DNA from: Myxococcota bacterium
Lineage (GTDB): Bacteria > Myxococcota_A > UBA9160 > SZUA-336
Assembly (NCBI GenBank): GCA_965247115.1
Contig: CBDFGR010000002.1
Location: 1,856,001-1,920,000, forward strand
Direction of reading: 5' to 3'
Length of the DNA stretch: 64,000 nt
The notes under the pieces were generated by a model. That model was given only the letters and a program-made list of their open reading frames with translations, was not told the DNA's origin and did no database searches. This document shows, piece by piece, positions 51,670 through 59,681 of this stretch (positions within the stretch are counted from its first letter, which is position 1; every line of letters starts with the position of its first letter). The position numbers and the translations under genes were made by a program.

Positions 51670-51966
51670 TTATCCCCGGTTCATTGCCTGGGAGATGACG
51701 GCAAAGCCTTCGGTGGAGGCGAGGCGCTTCCCGAGCACCTTCTGGTACTCGGGCGAGTTGTACCACTCCTTGGCCTTCTCGACGGAGTCGAACTTCAGGA
51801 TCACCGTCTGGGGACCCGGTGGCTTCCCCTCGATGGTCTCGGCGGCTACGTCGATGGCAATCAGCTCGCCGCCGAATGGGGGGATCGTGGGACCGGCTTC
51901 CCGGGCGTACTCGGCGTAGAGGTCACTATCGTTCACGGTGTATTGGACAACAAAGTAGGCAGGCAT
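51670..51966 (-). CDS. DUF1330 family protein
   Basis: 'MPAYFVV', 'ILKFDSVEKAKEWYNSPEYQ'. Confidence 0.9.
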   Translation of the reverse strand: MPAYFVVQYTVNDSDLYAEYAREAGPTIPPFGGELIAIDVAAETIEGKPPGPQTVILKFDSVEKAKEWYNSPEYQKVLGKRLASTEGFAVISQAMNRG

Positions 51967-52036
51967 ACCTCCACCTATCACAGTCGCAGCCGACCCTGCA
52001 AGACGGAGCTGGGAAGAGCTCCTCGAAGGTTTGGGG

Positions 52037-52516
52037 CTACGGCTCTTGCAGGGTATCCCTCGGTCCCGGGCCGCCCGGACCGAGACGTCCGCCCTCGCCG
52101 AGGTGTCCGCGGCCAGGAACGTAGTTCACCTCGACCCGGATTCCTTCAGGATCTTCGAAGAGAATGGAGTAGTAGCCAGGCGCCCACGGGCCCACGTGGG
52201 GGACCCTCACGATCTTCGCGTCGAGTTCCTCGACGATGAACGCGTGAATCGCGTCCACGTCTTCGCGACTACGCGCACGGAAGCAGAAATGGTGGAGCCC
52301 AGCTCGGTCCTGATCGAAGGAGGTGCCACGATGCTCCGGCGGTACCCCTCTGATGAGGATCCCCGTCCGACTCCCGATGCAGTAGATGATGCCGTCGCTC
52401 TTGATGAGCGTCTTCATGTTGAGGAAGTGACAGAGCTTCTCCCAGAACGGGATGCAACGGTCGGGGTCGTTCACGTTCAGCTGAATGTGAGCGATGCTGT
52501 TGAGTTCGACGCTCAT
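52037..52516 (-). CDS. VOC/glyoxalase family protein
   Basis: 'IAHIQLNV', 'GLHHFCF', 'YYSILFEDPEGIRVE'. Confidence 0.9.
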   Translation of the reverse strand: MSVELNSIAHIQLNVNDPDRCIPFWEKLCHFLNMKTLIKSDGIIYCIGSRTGILIRGVPPEHRGTSFDQDRAGLHHFCFRARSREDVDAIHAFIVEELDAKIVRVPHVGPWAPGYYSILFEDPEGIRVEVNYVPGRGHLGEGGRLGPGGPGPRDTLQEP

Positions 52517-52528
52517 CGGAGCTCCTCT

Positions 52529-53716
52529 CTAGACGACGCGTCCGGCGTGTAGCTCGGCTATCGCTGCAGCGTCGTAACCGATCTCACGCAGGATTGCGTC
52601 CGTGTGCTCGCCGAGCTGCGGTGCCCGCGTGGGGGTGCGAGCCGGGCTCCGACCGAGCGCAACGGGAAAGCCCGCGATCGCGAGAGGCTTCTCCGCGGTC
52701 GGATACGAAACGTGCTCGAGGAACCCGATGGACTGGACGTGCGGGTCGTCCAGCACCTCTCTCGGGGCGTAGACAGGTCCGCCTGGCACCTTTGCCACCT
52801 CCATTTCGGCCAGGGCTTCGGCGCTGCTGCGCTTGAGACACCACTCGGCCATGCGAGCCGAGAGAAGGGCACCGTTGTCTCCGCGGCTCCTGTCATCCAC
52901 GAAACGCTCGTCGTCGAGCAGCTCCTCGGCGCCCACCATGCGGCACCAACGCTCGAACTGGGGCTGGCCGATCGTCAGGCACATCACCCAGCCGTCCTTA
53001 GTTTGGAACACGTCCATTGGGCCCCCTGTCTGGCCTCGGTTGAGCGTCGCCTTGCGGTTGAGTCCGAGCTGCTGCTCTTCGAGCAACGTGCTGTTCATGA
53101 ACGTGAGGGCCGTCTTGAGCAGCGCCCCCTCCAGGTGCTGGCCCTCTCCGGTCCGGTTCCGGTGCATGAGCGCGGCCAGCGTCGCGAACGCGCAGAGTGA
53201 GGCTGTGCCGAAGTCCACGTACGGCGTGAACGATCGCGTTGGCGCATCGGCAGTCCCCGAAAGGTGCAGGTTCCCCGACATCGCCTGCGCGAGACCGTCG
53301 AAGCCGATCTTGGAGGTCCAGGGCCCTCCGCTGCCGAAGGCGTTGATGCTCGTGAGGATGATGTCTTGCTTCACCGCCCGGAGGCTTTCGTAGTCCAGGC
53401 CCAGGGCCTGCAGCGTCTCGGGCGGCAGGTTGGCCACGACCACATCCGCCGTCGCGACGAGCTCGCGTGTGATCTTCGCGCCCTCCGGCTTCGTCGGGTT
53501 GAGCGTCAGGCTGCGCTTGTTGCGGCCGACCTGAAGAAACATCGCTCCCATCCCGTCGGAGGTGACCGGTGCCACGAAGCGGTCTTCTCCACCGTCGACT
53601 CGCTCGATACGGATCACCTCCGCGCCCAGGTCCCCAAGCAGGGCAGCGCAGAACGGGCCGGCAATGTAGCGGCCGAAGTCCAGAACGCGGACTCCGTCGA
53701 GAATGCCCACTCCCAC
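52529..53716 (-). CDS. CaiB/BaiF class III CoA transferase
   Basis: 'IAGPF', 'LGAEVIRIE', 'RNKRSLTL', 'APQLGEHT'. Confidence 0.92.
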   Translation of the reverse strand: MGVGILDGVRVLDFGRYIAGPFCAALLGDLGAEVIRIERVDGGEDRFVAPVTSDGMGAMFLQVGRNKRSLTLNPTKPEGAKITRELVATADVVVANLPPETLQALGLDYESLRAVKQDIILTSINAFGSGGPWTSKIGFDGLAQAMSGNLHLSGTADAPTRSFTPYVDFGTASLCAFATLAALMHRNRTGEGQHLEGALLKTALTFMNSTLLEEQQLGLNRKATLNRGQTGGPMDVFQTKDGWVMCLTIGQPQFERWCRMVGAEELLDDERFVDDRSRGDNGALLSARMAEWCLKRSSAEALAEMEVAKVPGGPVYAPREVLDDPHVQSIGFLEHVSYPTAEKPLAIAGFPVALGRSPARTPTRAPQLGEHTDAILREIGYDAAAIAELHAGRVV

Positions 53717-53722
53717 CTCCGA

Positions 53723-54139
53723 CTAGGCCGGCTGGAACTTTGGAAGGTGAACGCCGTCCGCCACCTTCTCGAAGACCGCCTGCAGCTTCATGCCGACCAC
53801 GAGGTCGTCGTTCGAGCAGCCCACGACGTTCGTATTCACGCGCGGCCCCTCCTCCAGCTCCACGATGGCGATGTTGTACGGGAGCTCCGCGTCGAAGCCA
53901 GGGTGGTAACGCTGGTGCATGATGCCAAAGGAGAAGAGCTCCCCCCGCCCCGACGCCTCCGTCCAGGTTAGATCTTCGCCCAGACACTCCGTGCAGAGCC
54001 GCGTTCTCGGATCTAGACGAGTTTCGCATCCCTCGCAGCGTTTGATCATCAGGACCCCACGAGCGGCGCCATCGAAGAAGGGCGCTGACTCCTCGTCCGG
54101 TTCCGGGACCGGCTTCTCGATGCGTGTGGCTTCGCTCAC
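53723..54139 (-). CDS. DUF35 Zn-ribbon/OB-fold protein
   Basis: 'CEGC..CTEC', 'PYNIAIVELEEGPR'; adjacent to a thiolase-like gene. Confidence 0.9.
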   Translation of the reverse strand: MSEATRIEKPVPEPDEESAPFFDGAARGVLMIKRCEGCETRLDPRTRLCTECLGEDLTWTEASGRGELFSFGIMHQRYHPGFDAELPYNIAIVELEEGPRVNTNVVGCSNDDLVVGMKLQAVFEKVADGVHLPKFQPA

Positions 54140-54150
54140 GAGCTCATCTC

Positions 54151-55350
54151 CTAGTGCAACGACTCGTGCTGGCTCAGCACGAGGCAGGCGTGATAATCGA
54201 GGAGGCCACCCTGGCCGCTCACCAACACGACGTCGTGCTTCGGCACCTGTCGGTCGCCGCCCTGACCACGGGCCTGGATGACGCCCTCGGAGATCGGCGT
54301 CATGCCCCACATGTAGTAGCCAGAGAGCTCTCCGCCTCCGGTGTTGGTGGGCAGAGCCCCTCCGGGCTCGAGCCGTCCGTCGCTGACAAAAGGACCTCCC
54401 TCGCCCTTCGGGCAGAACCCGTAGTCCTCGAGCGTGACCAGGGTTGTGTAGGTGTAGCAGTCGTACAGCTCGCATACGTCGACGTCGTCAGATGTGATCC
54501 CGGCCATCTCGAAGGCGGTCTTCTTTGCAATCTTCGCGCCGGTGTTCACCTCGTTCTCAAAACTCGCTCGCTGGGGATTGCCCGGATGTCCCTGACCCAT
54601 GCCGACTACATGGACGGGAGGTTGTTTGAGCTCCGCCGCACGCTCCGGCGTGGTGACGATCACGGCAATCGCGCCGTTGTTCACCAGCGTGCAGTCGAGC
54701 AAGTGGAACGGCTCGCAGATCCAACGGGAGGCGTGATAGTCCTCGAGCGTGATCGGCTTCTGCATGATCGCAGCGGGGTTTCGAGCCGCCCACTTCCGGT
54801 TCGAGACGGCTATGGCGCCCAAGTGGTCGCTCGTCGTCCCATAGAGGGCCATGTGCCGTCGGGCCGCCAGCGCGTAGGCCGCGTTCGCACCGAAGAATCC
54901 ATAGGCTGCGCCCAGACCGGAGAGTCCGCGCGGGGCGCGGCCGGCGCCTCCATAGGCTGCTCCAGCCGAACGTCCGTCCGTGAGCGGTGCGTCCGCGAAC
55001 ACGCACGCAACCATGTTGCACATGCCTGCCTGTACGGCGAGCGAGGCGAACTGCACCATCTGCCCCGCCGTCGAGCCGGCCGCGTTCATGTGATTCACGA
55101 GTCGAAGGTCTCTGAGCCCCATGGCACTCTGCAGGTTGAGCGGAGAGTCTGCCGGCCCAGACCCACCCATTCCGGAGATCCCGCTGTTGATCAGAAGGCC
55201 GTCGAGGTCGTCCTTATCAAGGCCAGCATCCGCGAGGGCTCGCGCGACGGCTCTCGCGGCAAGGGTCACGGCGCCACCGGTGTAGTGCCGTGTCATCTCC
55301 GTGAGGCCGAGGCCAACGATTGTGCCGGCAGGGCGGCTCGTGGACGTCAC
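54151..55350 (-). CDS. Thiolase-like (SCP-x/Ltp2-type) protein
   Basis: 'ELYDCY', 'LEDYGFC', 'NTGGGELS'; no canonical nucleophile Cys seen ('NAAGST'). Confidence 0.88.
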   Translation of the reverse strand: MTSTSRPAGTIVGLGLTEMTRHYTGGAVTLAARAVARALADAGLDKDDLDGLLINSGISGMGGSGPADSPLNLQSAMGLRDLRLVNHMNAAGSTAGQMVQFASLAVQAGMCNMVACVFADAPLTDGRSAGAAYGGAGRAPRGLSGLGAAYGFFGANAAYALAARRHMALYGTTSDHLGAIAVSNRKWAARNPAAIMQKPITLEDYHASRWICEPFHLLDCTLVNNGAIAVIVTTPERAAELKQPPVHVVGMGQGHPGNPQRASFENEVNTGAKIAKKTAFEMAGITSDDVDVCELYDCYTYTTLVTLEDYGFCPKGEGGPFVSDGRLEPGGALPTNTGGGELSGYYMWGMTPISEGVIQARGQGGDRQVPKHDVVLVSGQGGLLDYHACLVLSQHESLH

Positions 55351-55359
55351 TCCGTACTC

Positions 55360-55728
55360 CTATGGTGCATTCGCCGTGTCCTGGACGGCGCGGATCGGTC
55401 GAAGCAGCACGGGGTACCAGTGCGGCTCCGTATGTCCCTCTGGCGGGATCGTTTTCTCCACCGGCAGGCTGAGCACCCGTCCGGCTCGCACGTACGCGGA
55501 CTTGTGCCCCGGCACCGCCGCCAACGCCTGTTCCTCGAGGAGCTCCAGCACCGCGTCGATCATCGGCAGCGGCAGTCCCGTCCACACGATGCGGTTTCCC
55601 GGCAGCGCGATCTGAGTCTCGTGGTCGGCTTCTCCAGCGAAGCGCTGGTGAAGCTCCGCGAAGCTAACCCAGTCCGTTTTGTCCACGTAACTGAGGATCG
55701 CTTCCTTGTACTCGTCCTTGTTCGTCAC
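55360..55728 (-). CDS. Hypothetical protein resembling the SaPI Ppi (phage packaging interference) family
   Basis: Pattern 'I..YV....VSF.EL', 'N.IVW.G', 'Y...GRV..LP', 'P.W.P..LR' matches my recollection of Ppi proteins; not verified by search. Confidence 0.5.
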   Translation of the reverse strand: MTNKDEYKEAILSYVDKTDWVSFAELHQRFAGEADHETQIALPGNRIVWTGLPLPMIDAVLELLEEQALAAVPGHKSAYVRAGRVLSLPVEKTIPPEGHTEPHWYPVLLRPIRAVQDTANAP

Positions 55729-55778
55729 TTTCTGATCATACTCCGTTCGGCGACCCCGGAGCGAGGCGGGTGCGGTGC

Positions 55779-56732
55779 TCAATCGAGCGAGCGGAGGAAG
55801 TCCAGCATCGCTGAGTTCACCGCGTCGGGTGCTTCCTGCTGGGTCCAGTGGCCGATGCCGGGGAGGATCACGACGTGCCGGAGGTCGGGCACGATCGCGC
55901 GCATCTGCTCCTCGAAGCCCGGGTTGCGCGCGATCAGGTCCTGATCACCGCTGATGAATAGGGCGGGCTGCTCGATCTTCCGTCCCTGGAAGGCTGCAGA
56001 CAGCTCCCAGCTGCGGTCTATGTTGCGGTACCAGTTGAGCCCGCCGCGGAAGCCCGTGCGCAGGAACTCCTGCGTGAAGAACTCGAGGTCTTCCTCCGTG
56101 AGCCAGTCGGGCAGCTTGTCGGGATCCTCGAGCTGATCCAGAAAGTCCGCGGTTTTGGGCTGCGCTCGGAACACGCGCTTCAGTCCGCTGCCCGACGCAC
56201 TGTGCAGGAACATGCGCAGCGAGCGGCGCACGTTCTTCTGTAGCTCGTGCTCCGCAACCCCCGGCGTCTGGAAGTAGAGGATGTAGAAGAAGTTGTCGCC
56301 AAAGGCCTGCTTGAGCAGCGCGGTGGGCTGCAGGGCCGCTCGATCCGAGGCGGGCACGGACAGCCCGATCACGGCACGGACCAGGTCCGGCCGCCACATG
56401 GCGGCGTTCCAGGCGACGGGGGCTCCCCAATCGTGGCCGGCGATCACTGCGCTCTCCGCTCCCAGTGCCGAGACGAGACCGACGATGTCTCCAACCAGGT
56501 GATGCTGTGTGTACTGGTCTATCGCTTCGGGCGCCTCCGTTTGCCCATAGCCGCGTTGATCGGGCGCAACAACGTGGTATCCCGCGTCAGCGAGGGCCGG
56601 GAGCTGGTGACGCCATGAGTACCAGGACTCCGGAAAGCCGTGGCACAGAATCACCAGCGGCCCCTCGCCTGCCTCGGCAACGTGCATCTGAATGCCGTTT
56701 GTTTGTAGGGTGCGGTGCCGGATTTCGCTCAC
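55779..56732 (-). CDS. Epoxide hydrolase (alpha/beta fold)
   Basis: 'HGFPE', 'DQRGYG', 'GHDWG', 'GHWTQQE'. Confidence 0.93.
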   Translation of the reverse strand: MSEIRHRTLQTNGIQMHVAEAGEGPLVILCHGFPESWYSWRHQLPALADAGYHVVAPDQRGYGQTEAPEAIDQYTQHHLVGDIVGLVSALGAESAVIAGHDWGAPVAWNAAMWRPDLVRAVIGLSVPASDRAALQPTALLKQAFGDNFFYILYFQTPGVAEHELQKNVRRSLRMFLHSASGSGLKRVFRAQPKTADFLDQLEDPDKLPDWLTEEDLEFFTQEFLRTGFRGGLNWYRNIDRSWELSAAFQGRKIEQPALFISGDQDLIARNPGFEEQMRAIVPDLRHVVILPGIGHWTQQEAPDAVNSAMLDFLRSLD

Positions 56733-56825
56733 GTCTCTCTCCTGGCGAGCAGCTGAAAGTACGGTACGCGATGCTCCTCCGAGCGTTGCTCGAACCCGAT
56801 TTCGACAGGCATGACCCGCGCAGGT

Positions 56826-57653
56826 TTACTCGGCGGGGGCGAAGAACGCGAGCGTGCGTACCTCGATGCTCTCTCGCGGCGCCGCGTCTGGGGGGCTGGT
56901 CGGGTCCAGGAACGCGGAGTGGGCGCTGAAGCGCGCGCGTCCGTCCTCCGCGGAGTCGTAGCACTTGAGCAGCATGACTTCTGTCGGTTGCATCTTCGGG
57001 AAGTAGAACCAGCGGTGTTCCGGGCTGAACGTGAGCTGGTACACCTCACCTGTCCGATCCTGGTACTTGAGGTCGGTCGGAACGAGATCCTGCTTGCCGA
57101 TGCTGCGTGCGTCGCAGACCGCGATGGGCATCTCCTCCACGGGCCCGACGATCGGCTTCCAAACGTTGATCACCGCGAAGCGCTGCTCGAGCAGCCGCTC
57201 TGCCTCGGCGGGCTCGACCAGGTCGCGCACTCGCTGCGGACCGGACTTGGTCGTGTAATCGTTATGGGCGATCTTCACGGGCCTCTGCGCCCCGTTCTCG
57301 CCGCGCTCAGCCATGGGTTCACAGCGCACGTTGTGGTCAAAGACGAGCACCTTCGATGCGCCGGTCGCCTTCTTCACCAGCTGCTCGACCTCCAGATAGT
57401 AGACCGCCCGAACCTCCGCCCTGTCGTAGAAGTTCGAAACCCCGCTATCGTGGTGCGCCAGCGTGAAGCCCTGCTCGTCCAGCGACAGCGATTCGAGGAC
57501 TTTCCGCCCATCATGGATCGCCAATGTGCGGCGGTCGCTCTCCGCCGTCGGTCGGGGCGTCCCCGGCGAAGGCTCGTACATGTAGAAGGCTGGCTTCTCA
57601 GCAAGCGGAACGAGGTAGTTCAGCGAGGCTTCGACGTGCTCTAACCCTTCCAC
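56826..57653 (-). CDS. CmcJ/NvfI (AsaB-like) family oxidoreductase
   Basis: 'FDHNVR', 'AHNDYT', 'INVWKPI', 'LLKCYDS', 'RESIEVR'; AAGGAGG RBS before GTG. Confidence 0.85.
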   Translation of the reverse strand: MEGLEHVEASLNYLVPLAEKPAFYMYEPSPGTPRPTAESDRRTLAIHDGRKVLESLSLDEQGFTLAHHDSGVSNFYDRAEVRAVYYLEVEQLVKKATGASKVLVFDHNVRCEPMAERGENGAQRPVKIAHNDYTTKSGPQRVRDLVEPAEAERLLEQRFAVINVWKPIVGPVEEMPIAVCDARSIGKQDLVPTDLKYQDRTGEVYQLTFSPEHRWFYFPKMQPTEVMLLKCYDSAEDGRARFSAHSAFLDPTSPPDAAPRESIEVRTLAFFAPAE

Positions 57654-57702
57654 CGGGTCGTCCTCCTTGCCGCATGGCGCAACTCCTAGTATAGGGGGAA
57701 GC

Positions 57703-57981
57703 ATGTGTAGAAACATCAAGACGCTGTTCAACTTCGACCCGCCTGCGGGACCGGAGGAGGTCGCGGCGGCGTCGCTCCAGTTTGTCCGCAAGCTGAGCGG
57801 GTTCACCAAGCCGTCCAAAGCAAACGAGGCGGCCTTCGAACGGGCCGTGGAAGAGGTCGCCCGAATCTCCCACGAGCTCCTGGACTCGCTCGTGACCTCG
57901 GCTCCCGCTCGCGACCGCGAGGTCGAGGCCGCCAAGGCCCGCGCTCGCGCCGCCAAGCGCTTCGGCAGCGCTGCCGCGTAG
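57703..57981 (+). CDS. DUF2277 family protein
   Basis: 'MCRNIKTLFNFDPPA..AASLQFVRKLSGF'. Confidence 0.92.
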   Translation: MCRNIKTLFNFDPPAGPEEVAAASLQFVRKLSGFTKPSKANEAAFERAVEEVARISHELLDSLVTSAPARDREVEAAKARARAAKRFGSAAA

Positions 57982-58018
57982 TCCGCCGTGGTGCGGTAGC
58001 TCAGGGAGAATCGGCCAG

Positions 58019-58263
58019 ATGGCCCAAGGCAAGGTTGCCCCTATCCTGGGGTTCTGCGACGTACGCAAAGCCGCGGAGTACTACCGCGACGTGTTGGGGT
58101 TCAGCGAGCGGAGCGTGACGCCGACGCCCTGCACGCCGAGCTGGTAGGCCGAGGGGCCAGCATCCTCCGGCCGCCGCAGGACGTGCCCTACGGCTTGCGC
58201 GACTTCGCGGTCGAGGACCTCGAGGGCCACCGCCTGCCTTTCGGCACGCCGCTGACTGCCTGA
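58019..58263 (+). pseudogene. VOC (bleomycin-resistance-like) gene with internal deletion and frameshift
   Basis: 'MAQGKVAPILG..AAEYYRDVLGF' joined out of frame to 'DADALHAEL..DVPYGLRDFAVEDLEGHRL.FG'. Confidence 0.7.
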
Positions 58264-58391
58264 AGTACCGCTTCCCTAGAGCTCCGCCGGGCCGGCTTGG
58301 CTGACCACTTCACGTTCTCTGGCTCGGAGATCCGGTGGCCGACACAAGCGCTCCGTCTCATCGTGGCCGTTTCGACGGATGCAATCGCTTC

Positions 58392-59078
58392 CTACGCCGG
58401 AGAGCCATGAGCCCCTCCAGGCGCTTCCAATGGATCGAGCAACCCGTGTCTCCTCCAGCCGACATCGAGAAGCCAAGTGTGAGGGAAGGCTACAGGCCGG
58501 ATTCCGTCCGAACCCTCGAATCGCCTCGCGCCCCTCCTCCAGCCCTCGAACCAGCGGCCCGAAGAAGCGGGATCGATCGACCCGGGCCGAAGGCGCACAG
58601 TGTGTCGCCGCGCGTTGAGCAGCACATACCGGATCGCATTCCGGACCTCGCGCGGCGTCTTCAGAACCCGCATGTGATACCGGTCCGCCAGGAGCTTGCC
58701 GCGCCACGCGAACGCCCGCTCTGCCGCACGCACCATCCTCATGGCAACCGACTTCATTCCCCGTCCCAGTGCGTGGCGGCTCTTGGCCTCAACGATGAAA
58801 TGGGCATGGTTCCCCAGGAGGGCGTAGTGCACCAACCGAAACTCCCCGCGCTCGCAGCCCCGCGCAAGCGTCTCTTCGAAGGCGCGAACAAAGCTCCCCC
58901 TGCGCAGCGAAGGCACACCGGCCCGAATCCGGAGTGTCACGTGGCACGGGTGACGCGATGCGAATATCGGCCGACTGCGGTGACGGACCATGGGGTTCGG
59001 ACCAGGCTTTCGTCCCGCGCCTTCTCTCCGTTCTCGGAGACCTAGAGATAGTTGCTTCTGCCTCTTCCTGTCATTCAC
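58392..59078 (-). mobile_element. REP-associated tyrosine transposase (RAYT / Y1 HUH)
   Basis: 'HVTLR', HUH motif 'NHAHFIVE', catalytic 'NAIRYVLLN'. Confidence 0.82.
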
Positions 59079-59088
59079 CGTTGTGTGT

Positions 59089-59116
59089 ATAATAGGGCTT
59101 TCCTATTCATTGTCAA
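59089..59116 (-). promoter_or_regulatory. Sigma70-like promoter of the RAYT gene
   Basis: Minus strand TTGACA-N16-TATTAT, with an AATAGG/CCTATT inverted repeat overlapping the spacer. Confidence 0.55.
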
Positions 59117-59138
59117 GGGTACAGACCTGGTAGATGGT

Positions 59139-59660
59139 TGACACTTAAGCTCTGGAACTTCGCTGACACACTCCGAGCTGCATGCAGCAAGGGGGGGAGC
59201 GATGCCCTGGGCGGAGACGTCAGCCGTGCAAGAGCGGATCCGGTCTATCGCGGACTACAAGAGCGGGCTCTACACCATGACCGAGCTGCGTGAGCGCTTC
59301 GGCGTGAGCCGCCAGACCGCCTACAAGTGGATCCAGCGCTACCGCGGCCCGACCTCCTGCGCCCAACAAACGGGCCCAGCAGCGCCGATTTGACCGCTTC
59401 CGCACGATCTACAACCAGCAGCGGCCCCACGAAGCCTTGAACCAGAAGCCTCCGGCTCCACGCTGGCGGCCGTCCCCTCGGACCTTTCCCGAGCTCACGC
59501 CGTGGCCTGACTATCCCAGACACTTCGAGGTCCGAGTGGTCAGTGACGCGGGCAGTTTCGTTCGGAGACGCCCGATGTTCATTGGCTCTGCGCTTACCCA
59601 CAAAGCGATCGGACTCGAGCCCGCGGTGTCCGACGGACGGGTTCGTGGTGTCCCCCTCGA
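59139..59660 (+). mobile_element. IS481-family remnant (HTH N-terminus + C-terminus, integrase core deleted)
   Basis: 'MPWAETSAVQER..FGVSRQTAYKWIQRY' and 'PHEALNQKPPA..SPR..YP..VRVV..G'; TGACAC repeated at 59139 and 59164. Confidence 0.8.
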
Positions 59661-59681
59661 GGAGGGCGCTCTCTTGTTTGC

